64,000 nt of DNA from Octopus vulgaris (taxonomy: Eukaryota): assembly GCA_951406725.2 (NCBI GenBank), contig OX597815.1:175336001-175400000 (forward strand). Direction: 5' to 3'. Every line of letters begins with the position of its first letter. The stretch's first letter is position 1. Positions 39,256-51,544 of the stretch are shown piece after piece. The translations under genes and the position numbers were made by a program. A model generated the notes under the pieces. The model was not told where the DNA came from. It did no database searches and was given only the letters and a program-made list of their open reading frames with translations.

Positions 39256-39329
<74 letters not shown>

Positions 39330-40321
39330 CATTGATTTAAAACCGGAAGGAAAACTAACAACAACAACAATAATAATAATAAACCAGACAAAGTGTTAAT
39401 TGAGAAAAAAGAAAACAAAGTTGGATCATAGATCTAGCATGCCCAGCTGACAACAAGGTATGCGATAAGGAAGAAAGAAAAGTCAATAGATATGACAGGT
39501 TAGCTTGGGAGGTTAAGCAGTTGTGGCTGCTGAAAAAGGTGGTAGTAGTACTAATAATTGTCGGAGCCCTGGAAACAGTGAGTAAAAACCTTGATAAGTA
39601 TGTGGAACAAATAGGAGCTGCAATAAAGGTGGAGCACTCGTAGAAAACAGCACTGCTTGGAACCGCTCGAATACTCTGGATGGAAAAATAAGGGATGTTA
39701 CCTTACTTCACTGGTAGTGAACAGCTGACACCGTAGTAGTACATCTCCAGCATTAGAAGCTGTGCAAATAATAATAATAAAATACTTTTATAGCATTGAC
39801 AAAGGAATGGCTTTTTTTTTCTGGCTTTTGTTGTGACTTCCATTATTGTTACTTCTATCATTACTGATTATTGAGATGATGATGATTTTGTTTCTGTTAC
39901 AATTTGTTGCTGTAGTTATTGTGGTGGCGGTAACGAAACCTCTCTCTCTCTCTCTTGTGGGAGCACTAAGAATGTTGGACCTAAAATTTGCCCCTACAAA
40001 AATTACTTTTGCTCTAAATTCAATAATTTATCCACACAGCACTTGCTAGCAGCTCTGGCAACACTCGCCTTGATTTGTCTTCCATGTCGTAGCACTTTTG
40101 CATTCCATCAATATTGCCAGGAAATATTGCAAAGTTACCACATTGGCAACACTAATTCGTTAACAACATTGGCATAATAAAATAAAGGCAAACTTAAGAC
40201 ATTTTAATATAAGATTAATTTAAAAGTAAAAGAATGGGAAGTTTTCAAGACAACGAAAAACATTCTAACATGCTGATATTGTTGTGTAATGTATTAATTT
40301 TGAACCTTTTATTATTTTCAG

Positions 40322-40376
40322 ATGTTGCTCTCTTTAATTATCGGTTTATCTGCTGTAATGGCAATTCAAGCAATTG
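40322..40376 (+). CDS. GH18 chitinase gene B, first coding exon (signal peptide)
   Basis: ttttcag|ATG: MLLSLIIGLSAVMAIQAI-G then a GTAAGT donor. It is 55 nt, phase 1, and joins exon 2 as G+AT=Asp. Confidence 0.82.
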
Positions 40377-41123
40377 GTAAGTAATTCCATCCCATTCGTT
40401 GCTTTCTTCGCTGTTAAAGATATTATTCTCATGGAATTTAACTTTTAACTACAGAATCAACTAAGTCACATGTTCCAAGCATGCTTAAATACCACAAGCT
40501 CTGCAACGTGAATAACGACGCTAGTTACACTTGCCAAGGCAACATCGTTTCTGATATTGTGTACTATATTAGGAAAAAGCATACACTTGCGTGGGGGCTG
40601 CTGCACTCATCCACTTGCAACTACCAACACCAACACATCTTCCCAGTGAGGGCTCTACCTTTCTGTAGATGAACACTTTCCAGAGGAGAACACTCTCCGC
40701 GCCTAATGGTATCCCAAAAAAGGACAGAAGATTCACAGCGTATGTTCTCAGAGGAAAACTCAGAGGGCAATGTCCAGTTTTCTGTCACCTTTTCTCTGGA
40801 GGCTTTAGAACCAGAAAAATGCCGTGTGTACACACACGCACACACATCACTTTATGTACACAGTATAAGGATACTACCTGCCAATAGTTTCTAGGCAGGT
40901 TTTTATAACAAGCAATCTCCAGGCTCTGTTTGTAAATCAGGATATTTTACATCAACCTTCTGGCTTTTTTTCTCGTGATTTATGTGCTTAATTTCAAACA
41001 GAACAGACCATGTACTCAGAACCTGAAGAGACTATTAGTAATTTGTTTCTTTATACTGCGTACATTAAATGATGTTTATCTCTGGAGTACTTGTTTTGTT
41101 TATCTTACCCTAACAGAACAGTA

Positions 41124-41164
<41 letters not shown>

Positions 41165-42470
41165 AGAACGATACCGAAATATTATTATTTTGCTGATGTT
41201 TATTAAATCTCTTTTGGAGCCTCAAGGGTCTTTATCTGGGGAATGCATTTTCTGGATTTGAACCGAATTTGTCTGCAGATGTGCTGTACTTACGTGTACG
41301 TGTGGTGGCATTCACCTGGGCTGGATTGAGCTGGTTCCTATCAATGAGTTCACCTCGTCCTTCACGAATGCTGACCACATCCAGCGGTCGGCCCTGATGT
41401 CCCAGCAGGCAGAATAAAATAATCCAGCTTGCAAATTTGACAAATGCTCCATTCGTTACTGAAGTGTAGAGTTCATGTTTGGTGTTTCAGTGGGAGTACA
41501 AGTCCACATGTGGTCCCAGATCACATGCATACACACTTTAGGACAGTGTAGTCCATAGCAGCTCATCTTGCCGTTGATTGTCGACGGTCGCAGAGGATTC
41601 GCTGACCAAGTCATCGACGAGCCTGGGATAGAAGCGAGGGGTACACATACCAATTAACCCATGGCTGGGACCCTAATAGGTGCTACCACTCTGGGTCAGA
41701 ACAGACTTGGAAAAATAGTAACTAAGAGGTGCTCCCATACTCTTCAAAACCCTGAAACTCCCGTACCATGGCCCCACTACCGGAGGCAGTTTTAAAGTCT
41801 TTGCCAGGATGGATTCTCGAAGAAATAGGCTTCCCAGCGCATACACTTGATTGCGCTTTCTGTTTTCTTCATAAAGGGCATCATATGATAAAGCTTTCTT
41901 GTTGGTATCGGGATATTTTTTAAAGAGCACAGCAGCGGTTGTTTTTCCCCATATCAATAGAATTTGGAGCACTAATACAAATGAGTAAACAACGAAAAAT
42001 AATAGCAGTCAACACAGTTCATAGGAGTTACATGTATTTTTATTTTATAACAATTTGACTAAGTTCTGTCTGATTTATGTTTTGTGGGCGAGTTGAACAT
42101 GGATGTCTCATTAAATGGTGGAGCAGAATAAATTATACCGCTTTCTATTTTTATTTATTTATTTTTTTTCTTCCAATCATTAATATTTCGAAGATGACTT
42201 TTTTGCATGTGTATATTTGAGTTGAAAACTGGATGTAACCATGATATTCTATGAATCTGAAGAGTTAGCCATTTATATCTATATTAGCTTGTAAAATGTA
42301 CAACAGTACTATATAATTTATAACATAGACACTAGTGCAGACAAGTAAAATAATCTGCTACACACTAATATAAATCATTTTTTCATGATGTTGGCTGCAA
42401 AATGGTTAGCAATCTTATGGATATCACCTGGTGAAATAAATATATTCATCTCATACCTCGTGACTTTCAT

Positions 42471-42590
<120 letters not shown>

Positions 42591-43051
42591 TTCGTTATCT
42601 TTGTCTCATTTATGTTTGAGAACTTCTTTTGCAGTCCTATAAACACTTATGTTTTTATAATAAGAGACAATATTTCTTGTATAAATATATATGAATATAT
42701 ATATATCATCATCATCATCATCATCATTGTTTAACGTCCGTTTTCCTTGCTGGCATGGGTTGGACGGTTCGACTGGAGTCTGGGAAGCCAGGAGACTGCA
42801 CCAGGCTCCAGTCTGATCTGGCAGTGTTTCTACAGCTGGATGCCCTTCCTAATGCCAACCACTCTGTGAGTGTAGTGGGCGCTTTTTACGTGCCACCAGC
42901 ACAGGTGCCAGGGGAGGCTGGCAACGGCCACGATCAGTTGGTGCTTTTTACATGCCACCGGTACAGAAGCTAGTCAAGTCGGCGCTAGCATTGGCCATGT
43001 TTGGATGGTGCTTTTTATGTGCCACCGGCATAGGTATCACAACTACAATTT

Positions 43052-43096
<45 letters not shown>

Positions 43097-43355
43097 CATA
43101 CATATACATATACATACATACACATACATACATACACACACATATATATATATATATATATACATACATATACATATACATACATATACATATATATACA
43201 TATATATATATACATACATATACATATATATACATATATATATATACATACATATACATATATATATATAAATATATACATATATATACATATATATATA
43301 TAAATATATACATATATATACATATATATATATATACATATATATACATATATAT

Positions 43356-43411
<56 letters not shown>

Positions 43412-43919
43412 GTATATGTATGTATGCATATATATATATATAAAAGGAAAGTTTACGAAAATAAACAAAAGACGAAGGCATGTGGACATGTACAACCAAA
43501 CAAATGTATTAGTATAGCGCTCAGGAATTGAAAAAGTCTTTTACGTTTTGAGCCTTTTATATATATAAATGTCACCTAGAGTGACTAAGTCTACTAGTGA
43601 GCACCATCATCACTAGAAATAAGGCTCAAAACAACTCCTAACCATGATAAAGCACTTATCTTATGACTGACAAGAGAGGCAATCTCCTTACACCATTCAG
43701 TGGGTAGCCAGATCACCAGTGATTTTGCATGAATATTAATGCTCACCAGTGACGCTTACCCAGCTGCCTAGGGTGAAGTTGGCTTGCCTTGTCTTACCGT
43801 AGAAATCACATGCTGATTTCATAAATGGTACAAGTGAGAAGCCTAATTTCTCAAGATTGTTTTATGTGTATCTTCTCATACATATACTTGCATATCTAGA
43901 CATGCTCATATATACTTGC

Positions 43920-45940
43920 AGTCTGTTACATATCCCAGAGCCCCAATAATTATAGGAATAAACCTGAACTTGTAACCCAGATAAAGTAACTGCAGATTTC
44001 TCAATAGTTCAGTGAAGATTTTCTCTTTTTCCCTGATCAACCTCTGCTGGGCAGCTAATTTCCACAACTGTGCACAGTTTCTCTTCTCTATCCCAAATCA
44101 TTGTATCAGGCCTTTTGTGTTTACATTTTATTAAAGTCTTCACAAGGACATTCCACCAGTATTCCTTTTTATTATGAGTGGCTATGCCTACTGTGGGCTC
44201 TTATTTCTTTGTTTCAGGATTATCCTTCTGACAGATTTCATAATACAGTGTCCTAGCTACCATGTCATGTTTCATTGGTAGATAATACTGTGATGGTATT
44301 TTTGAACAACTGCTTATGATGTGGGTGATATCTTCGGTGTTAACTCCGCATTGGTTGTCACATTTTACTGCTTTTCCTGCAGCTCTGTCCCTTTTGTGAA
44401 TCAGGTATTTGGTTGATATTTCCTGTTCCTGGGTTGCAAACACATATCCTTCAAGGTGGGAGGTAGTAATCAGGCATGATAAACTGCTTTGATGATCAAT
44501 GTTACTATCATCACGGAGTTTTCTAGTAACATATCCATACAGGCTCATCTTTTCATCTGATGATATGTTGCAGTAGAGTCGTGCAATTTCTTTGGGCATG
44601 TATTTAAGGTTATCAGATAAGGAATGCTTAAGGAGCTGCCTTCCAAGTCTTATGATGTTATCAGACTCATGTACACAAACTCGGTCAAGGTGTGCACTTC
44701 GACACTTGGTGGTTAAAAGATGTTGCCAAAGGGACATGATACAACATTCAAAGGCATTTTGGATCAATGTCAAGCCTCTTCCACCCTGTTTTCGTTTTAG
44801 GTAGAGACGGTCTACATCCCTGTTTATGTGGAGATTATGTGTGTTAGTTAGTATCTTCCAGGTTTTTACATCAATGGCTTGGATCTCATCAAGTGGCTGC
44901 AAACACAGTGTGGGCTACTGTTTTATTAAATGCAGAGAGTTCTGAGGTCCAAATTTTGTTTATTCAACTGTAATATTCTTTAGTGACACAGGTTTTGCTA
45001 CAGGTGCCTTTGTAAGATATGTTTTCATCCACCCCGAGATACCTGTAACATTCCTCATCAGATACAAGGGAAACAGTCAAATCATGGATGGAGATGTTAC
45101 TACTCTGGTTTATAGTTTTCCCCCATTTCACAACCATATAACAGCATTTATCCTGACCAAACTCCAACCGTACATCCTTCGGGAATATTGTAACTAGGTC
45201 AAGGCTCTTTTTCATCTCGTGTGCAATTTTGATATTTCTGTTTCTTTGTGAACCAGTCAGATATCCTTCATACTTCCTTAACAGGAATGACAAGGGGTTT
45301 ACAGAAAGTATAAACAACATCACTGCGAGGCTGTCTCCTTGGAATATGCCTTTGCGATACTGTATTCTATCGGTGATAATACAATACAGTCGCTCTTTGT
45401 GCTTAATTTCAAGATGGTGGCACACGATGAAGTCAGTTCAGCTATGGCTTTGACTATGCTCACTGGAACTTTAGCAAGTTGAAGGGTTTCTAGAATCCAT
45501 GAATGGGGAACAGAGTCAAAGGCTTTCTTGTAGTCTAGCCATATTGAAACTAGGTTCCTCCTATGCTCTCACACCCCCAACATCACAGTTTTGTTGATTA
45601 ACAATTGCTCGACACATCCCCTTCTTCCCAGCTGCTTATGCTGCTGTGATAATGTTATTGGTTTCATAATGATCCTGGAGGAAGAGATTTAAACATGCTG
45701 TATATATTTTATACATTAAGTTCTGGCATACAATTGACTGGTAGTTTTCTGCCATGTGAGTGGTTCTGCATCTGGGGATCAATTTTGTCTCTGCCAGAGC
45801 TAACCAGCTTGGTATGCTACTGTTCCCAATTAAAACTTGCTGGTACAGATTGATAAGATATGGTCGCTAGAATGTTAGCTTCTTGTACCAAGTCTTTTTC
45901 AGGCACTTTTCCATTCTGGAGTTTCTGGATCACTGTTACA
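43920..45940 (-). mobile_element. RLE-type non-LTR retrotransposon (RT + RLE), degenerate
   Basis: GIFQGDSLAVMLF, EFGQDKC, YRYLGV, DRLYLKRKQGGRGL, HIISSC and KRPDTMIWD. Same family as 14340-15600. Confidence 0.85.
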
Positions 45941-46389
45941 AGAGTTTGAACCTAGAACGTAAGCATCGGGAAGAAATGTAGCGAAGTATTTTGCTCAATG
46001 GGCTAACAATTCTTCCATCTCACTGACTTACCAATATACAGAATAATACTTCATGGTTACCCTTTAGCTACCATATTTCTGTTGAGATGCTCTGTGCTTC
46101 CTTTGATTTTAAATATTACAAAGAATTTAGTAAAATAACTTGGTTATCATTAAGCTACGGTGGAAGATTTTGATACAGAACTTTTGAAAACAAGACATTT
46201 GTACTGCAAAACCAGAGGTGGTTTCAGCCGGGTTGGTATCAAAAGGATTGAATTTTGAAGGAGGCAAAGTTAGTTACATCAACCCGAGTCCATATTTAAC
46301 AGGTAATTGATTTATTGATCTTTCGTAAGAAACCCTCGTCGTGGTTGTTATTGTTGATTTGACATTTGGAACTTTGCTTTCTCTTTCAG

Positions 46390-46585
46390 ATATTCCAAAC
46401 AACGCTCGTGTCTGGTGCTACTATACCAACTGGTCTCAATACCGACCCACTGGAATGAAATATACAGTTAAGAATATGGATGCCTCTTTGTGCACACATA
46501 TAGCGTTTGGTTTTGCTATTTTGAAAAATAACAAAATAATTCATTATGAATATAATGATATCAACGGAACCTGGACAAGAGGAAT
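46390..46585 (+). CDS. GH18 chitinase gene B, exon 2
   Basis: Acceptor ctctttcag, donor GTAAGT. Encodes IPNNARVWCYYTNWSQYRPTGMKYTVKNMDASLCTHIAFGFA. Confidence 0.93.
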
Positions 46586-46992
46586 GTAAGTCTAAATGGA
46601 TCCCCGTAGTGTCTGTCTCACTCACCCACACTCTTTTTCTCTTCCTTTCCCTTTCTCACTTACACACACATACAAGTGTTTTTGAACATTTGAATGGAAG
46701 TAGTCGTCAAGACATATAACAGTGTTTATTTGTTTATTCAAAGCTGGGATTTTCCTCCGTCGTTACTTAGAAAAAATAATGTAGCTAGAAGGGAAGTCCC
46801 AGTTTCAAATTAATGAATGTGTACCCAATCGCGCATGCATATGTGTATGCGACACTCACCATTGCTCGGCTGTGGGGGAAAACACACAGAGGCACACATA
46901 CACACATAAACTATATTTCATAACAAACAGGTCGTGTAGAATCAAGTGTTCTTGTGAAGACTATTTGGAAACAACATGGCATTATTTGTTTT

Positions 46993-47200
46993 GCGAGCTG
47001 GCAGAATCGTTACCGCGCCTGGCAAAATGCTTAGCAACATTTCTTCCGACCTTACATTCTGAGTTTGAATGCCGCTGGGATCGACTTTGCCTTTCATCCT
47101 TTGCGGTCAATAAAATAAGTACTAGTTGAACACTAGGGTCGATATAATCGACTTATCTCCTCCCCAAAAATTGTTGGCATTGTGGCAAAATTTGAAACCA
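46993..47200 (+). mobile_element. SINE family 2 (about 200 bp)
   Basis: GAGCTGGCAGAATCGTT...AAATGCTTAGC...TTCTGAGTT...GACTTTGCCTTTCATCCTTT...AAATTTGAAACC. Further copies at about 4410-4560, 17255-17470, 36008-36200, 50470-50685, 54850-55058, 56565-56745 and 56775-56997. Confidence 0.75.
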
Positions 47201-48109
47201 TCATTGTCTTGCGTTATTTTTTATGTGTCATTACGTTCTGAGTTCAAATCGTGTTGAAGTCAACTTTGCTGTTTATTTCTCAAGGATCTATAAAATATAG
47301 TACCCATCAAGGTCAAGGACTGGGGTCAATGTTATAGACTAACAGCTCTCCCTCAAATTTACAGGTCTTGTGACAAAATCACAAATAATTAAGCAGAAAT
47401 AATTAATTAAAAACACAAAACAATCAGCAAATATTTGTTTAAATGCAAAGATTAGCTGATGGAGATATGCCTTCAAATTTGTTGAAGAAAGGCTATTAAA
47501 GTTGAAAGTGCAACACATTTCAATGATTCACCAACTATAAGATTTTTCAATTCACAGAGGCTACAAAACATTTTCACAACAAATAAATCCATCGGTATTT
47601 TTCCTTGTTTTTGTTCCTTTATCTTCTTGTTCCTTATAAATATGGGGTGTTAAATACCTTTCTCAAATTGTTGGACTTATTGTTTCACAAAGACGTAAAC
47701 ATTGATTATATACACATTGATACATTTACACACACACAAACATATTTTCACATTCAACTATATATTTATGTCATTATTCATTTTTATTTCAAGATTTCTA
47801 GCCAATAGAGAAAGAGCCGGTTTCTAACATAGATCCAAGGCTCCTTCATTGGAATTTCAACAACATCAACAGGTTTGTATGTATGTGAGTATGTATGTAT
47901 GTGTGCGTGTGTGTATGTGTGTGTGTATGTGTGTGTGTATGTACGTATGCATGTATGTATGTGTGCAGATTTGTATGTATGTATTCTCATGCATATAGTT
48001 GAATATCTAGACATGCTCATATATATTTAAATGATAAACTTCTGGAAAGTTTCACAGATTTTTACAGTTTCAGTAATAGATTGGATCTATAGTTTTTTAG
48101 TCGACCCTA

Positions 48110-48430
48110 ATATTCAATACCTCTCATGCCGTCTATCTTTATTGTTATTGACCTCTGGAATGCTTCTACTTTCATAACGAGTTGCTTCGTATGAGCGGAC
48201 CACAGTGGGCCACAGTATTCAAGGTGGGATCAGGTAAAAATAGAGAGGAGAATGACGATGGGGTAGGCATCTCTAGACCGGAAAGTTCTCAGAATCCAGG
48301 AGCACATCTTGCAGGCCAAGTCAACCTTGCTGTTTATGTGGGAACTTCAGCTTAGATTTTTATCAACAATTACTCCAAGGTCTCTGGTGTTGTTGAATGC
48401 CACTCGGGAGTCGCCCGAGGGAAGAGCATA
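48110..48430 (-). mobile_element. CR1-like LINE, RT C-terminal fragment
   Basis: RDLGVIVDKNLS.SSHINSKV...WILRTFRSR...HLEYCGPLWS...VEAFQRSIT. Confidence 0.7.
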
Positions 48431-49376
48431 TGGTAATTTCAGTGTGTGTGTGTGTGTGTATTTGTATGCATGTGGTTGTGTATGTATTTATGTCTGAGTG
48501 AGTGGACGCGTCTCATAGGTCGGTGGAATTTCTTTCTGCTAAACAAATTATTGTATTAATATATAACTATTAATGTATAACGTAGACGACTCAACGATGT
48601 TCCACGTGATGGTGCATGGGTTATTTTGGGTCTTCAAGGCCCCTGATGTGGATTGTTAGCTTATTGGTTTTCTTCTTGTCTGCGTGCCGAACAGAAGACC
48701 GGTGGTTGACTGATGGTTACCGATCCCTAGTCTGCTTTCGTACTTATAATCAGTTGTCAAACGAATGGTAAATTTAAATAAATATATCTCTCATAGATAA
48801 TGCTTTTGAGTCCATTCCATAGTTTATCATGCACATCTCTTGTGAGTAATGTAAATTTCCCGTCTCCTATTTCGTTGCACAGTTAGAGTGTTAAACAGAT
48901 AGACCACAGAAGAATGATTTTATAAATAAACAAATATGAAAGGATCATATTAGCAGATAAAAAGGTAATTGCTCTACAGCACATGCATTAAGAAATTAAT
49001 GTTAAGAGATTAATTCGTTCAATAGAAAAACTTCGCTTTTTCTGCCCTCATCTCATGACAACCACAATCATCACCTTTATTAATCGATGACTTCACTACC
49101 GCATAAACTCCGCCTACAGTTCTCAGTATATCACACGTGTGTGTATGTGTGGTTATATGTCTGTAAGTTGATTCACTTTCTGCTTCTCGCTGCCACCACG
49201 TTCCTTCCAGTAAACACTGTTCTTTCGTTCCCTTTCTCTCTCTTTGCCTCTACCATCAAATAACTATTTCCCAGCGTAACATACATAAGTAGAATAATGC
49301 CATAGATATATATGTATATATGACTGCATTAAAGTACATGCTTGTATGTATTGTAAGTTAATAATTTCCTTTCCAG

Positions 49377-49629
49377 GTATTGGGAATTCAACCAATTGAA
49401 AAAAACCTACCCCCGTATAAAGTCATTTTTATCTGTGGGCGGTTGGAATTTCGGTTCCGTAAAATTTAGTAAAATGGCAAGCACCCCTGCATCAAGAAAA
49501 ACTTTTGTCGATTCTGCTGTAGATTTCTTAAAGAAATGGGAATTTGATGGCTTAGATGTTGATTGGGAATATCCTGCTCTAAGACAGGGCTCGAAAAAGG
49601 ATATCGAATATTATACTCTTTTGCTGAAA
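49377..49629 (+). CDS. GH18 chitinase gene B, exon 3 (catalytic motif)
   Basis: Acceptor ttccag, donor GTAAGT. Encodes YWEFNQLKKTYPRIKSFLSVGGWNFGS...FDGLDVDWEYP with intact DxxDxDxE. Confidence 0.95.
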
Positions 49630-51101
49630 GTAAGTTATGAAAATCATTTAAAGATATTTATCCTTTTTTGCCTTTGTTTTACAGATAAACATGTGATGGT
49701 TGTTTGTTTTTGTCTATTGTGGTAATTGGGGTGGGAGCGTAATTCACCTACCTTGTAGGTCCTCTTGTAACGTCTATCCTTTCCAGCCAGGATATATCCG
49801 TAGAAGTCCTACCCATTTCATCTCAACCCACGTTGCCACCGTGTCCGTCCTACCCATCAACCCCAAAGCAAAAAAGGTCCATAGTAGTCATCCTTCTGCT
49901 CACATCACTTACTTCGTTCCTTTCCTTCAGAAAGGCCCCTCGGCCGTTCCCGTGACGTCACTGACCCTATACTCCCAGTCCACTTCAGCCCCACAGTGAA
50001 AACTGCTTTAATCTCATTGTCCACGTATGATACCTATTCCTCCATCTTGTAACAGCAGCTGCTGTGTACACCTGGAGAAAAGCGGTAAACTCCACGAGGA
50101 ATAGTTGGTAAATCTGTTTTCACATCACATCTATCATTAGTGATCTTAAAAAGGGTCGACAGCCTTAAATTTCAACAACATAGTTGACGGAAGAACCTCT
50201 ATGGAACGTTCTGTACACTAAATAGAAATATTGTATGGTTAATGAAAGACTAAGATTAACAGCGATTATTCATGCAATCAGCGGGCAAAAGCTCCCTCCT
50301 AGAGTACTTATATACTAAAAAGCAACAAGCTTTCTTCCCTCGGTCATATTGTTGATAGAAATCCCCGTCACTGCATTTCCTCCTGTGTCTCTTTTGATTA
50401 CTAATTCCAAGGCAATCAAGTGTTTTGCAAGGATTCGGAGTACAGCTAGTACCCATCAGTTACAATTCTTTTCTACTCTACGTACAAGGCCCGAAAGTTT
50501 TGGGAGGGGATTAAGTTAATTAGATCAATCCCAGTATGCTACTAGTACTTAATTTATCAACCCCAAAAGGATGAAAGGCAAAATTGACCTCGGCGGAATT
50601 TGAACTCAGAACATAAAGACAGACAAAATACCGCAAAGCATTTCGCCCGGCATGCTTACGTTTCTGCCAGATCACTGCCGTCCTCCATCAGTTACAATAT
50701 TGAATGAGTCATGAGTGATATCCTGTCACATGAAATCTCTTTAGAGTCTCGGTTACATCCAACTGACGTTTTTTCTTTTTTTCGGATTTACTTTTAAAAT
50801 ATTCGAAAAATATGTCTTCGAATATCATCTCTCCTATTATATGAAAATGGGACTTTGACATATGATGTCACAAAATGATTAGTACTCTGCTTGTCACCAT
50901 CCTAAAGATACCAACCTGGCACTTTTGGTATCATACAATTCCATTAGCATCGAAAAGACATCCAACATAAGAGCAAACGCTGAATGTACCCAGCACTGAT
51001 GGAAACTTCTTTCGTCATATAAAAATTACAATCGACATATGCTGAAAATTTTTTTAGCAAACTTTAAACAGGAATAATGGGACTAGAAGGTTCCTGATAC
51101 C

Positions 51102-51544
51102 TGTGGGGTATCTTCCTTCTCCCATTACAATTATTTTTTGCAGTCTTAGGATTCTGGAACTCGAAGAAGAAGAGGCTTACAAGCGGATGCAATTAATGGT
51201 TGTTTATTTGGTTCTCGTCTCATGGGGCTTGCTCCCGACGACCATCTGTATGTCAGCACATAGTTCATTAGCTCCATTCGCGAGAGGTACATTACCTCTG
51301 GAGATAACGGGTAAAGTTAGAGCGAGTTAAGAATCCGCAGTGTTGTTCAACGTGAGCACCAAAGCGAAAGAAGAGAATGAGTTGCTCAATACGCCCTCCT
51401 TAAATAGATGTTGCCCATGAGAGCCTTGCTGAGGTCTAGCGCATAGCAAACATGGTTGTGAGATCTCGCTCTTGTCTTGGACCTGGCAATGGCCGCTGGC
51501 GAGATCTCGCACAAAATGCCACTGGCTTCTTGTGTCATGCTACA
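51102..51544 (-). repeat. 3' LTR of the Gypsy element
   Basis: A polypurine G-run at about 51547-51556 precedes TG at 51544; AATAAA near 51205; ends in CA at 51102. The distal boundary is inferred because there is no second LTR for comparison. Confidence 0.65.

Larger units (their letters stand above)
37230..39785 (+). mobile_element. R4/Dong-like LINE, degenerate, interrupted at about 38960-39325
   Basis: N-terminal RRRWNKQ...CYY...EQRLCDQAR; RT motifs [55 protein letters not shown]; RLE KPDKVLI...IIDLACPAD...IVGAL; ends in (AAT)n. Confidence 0.85.
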
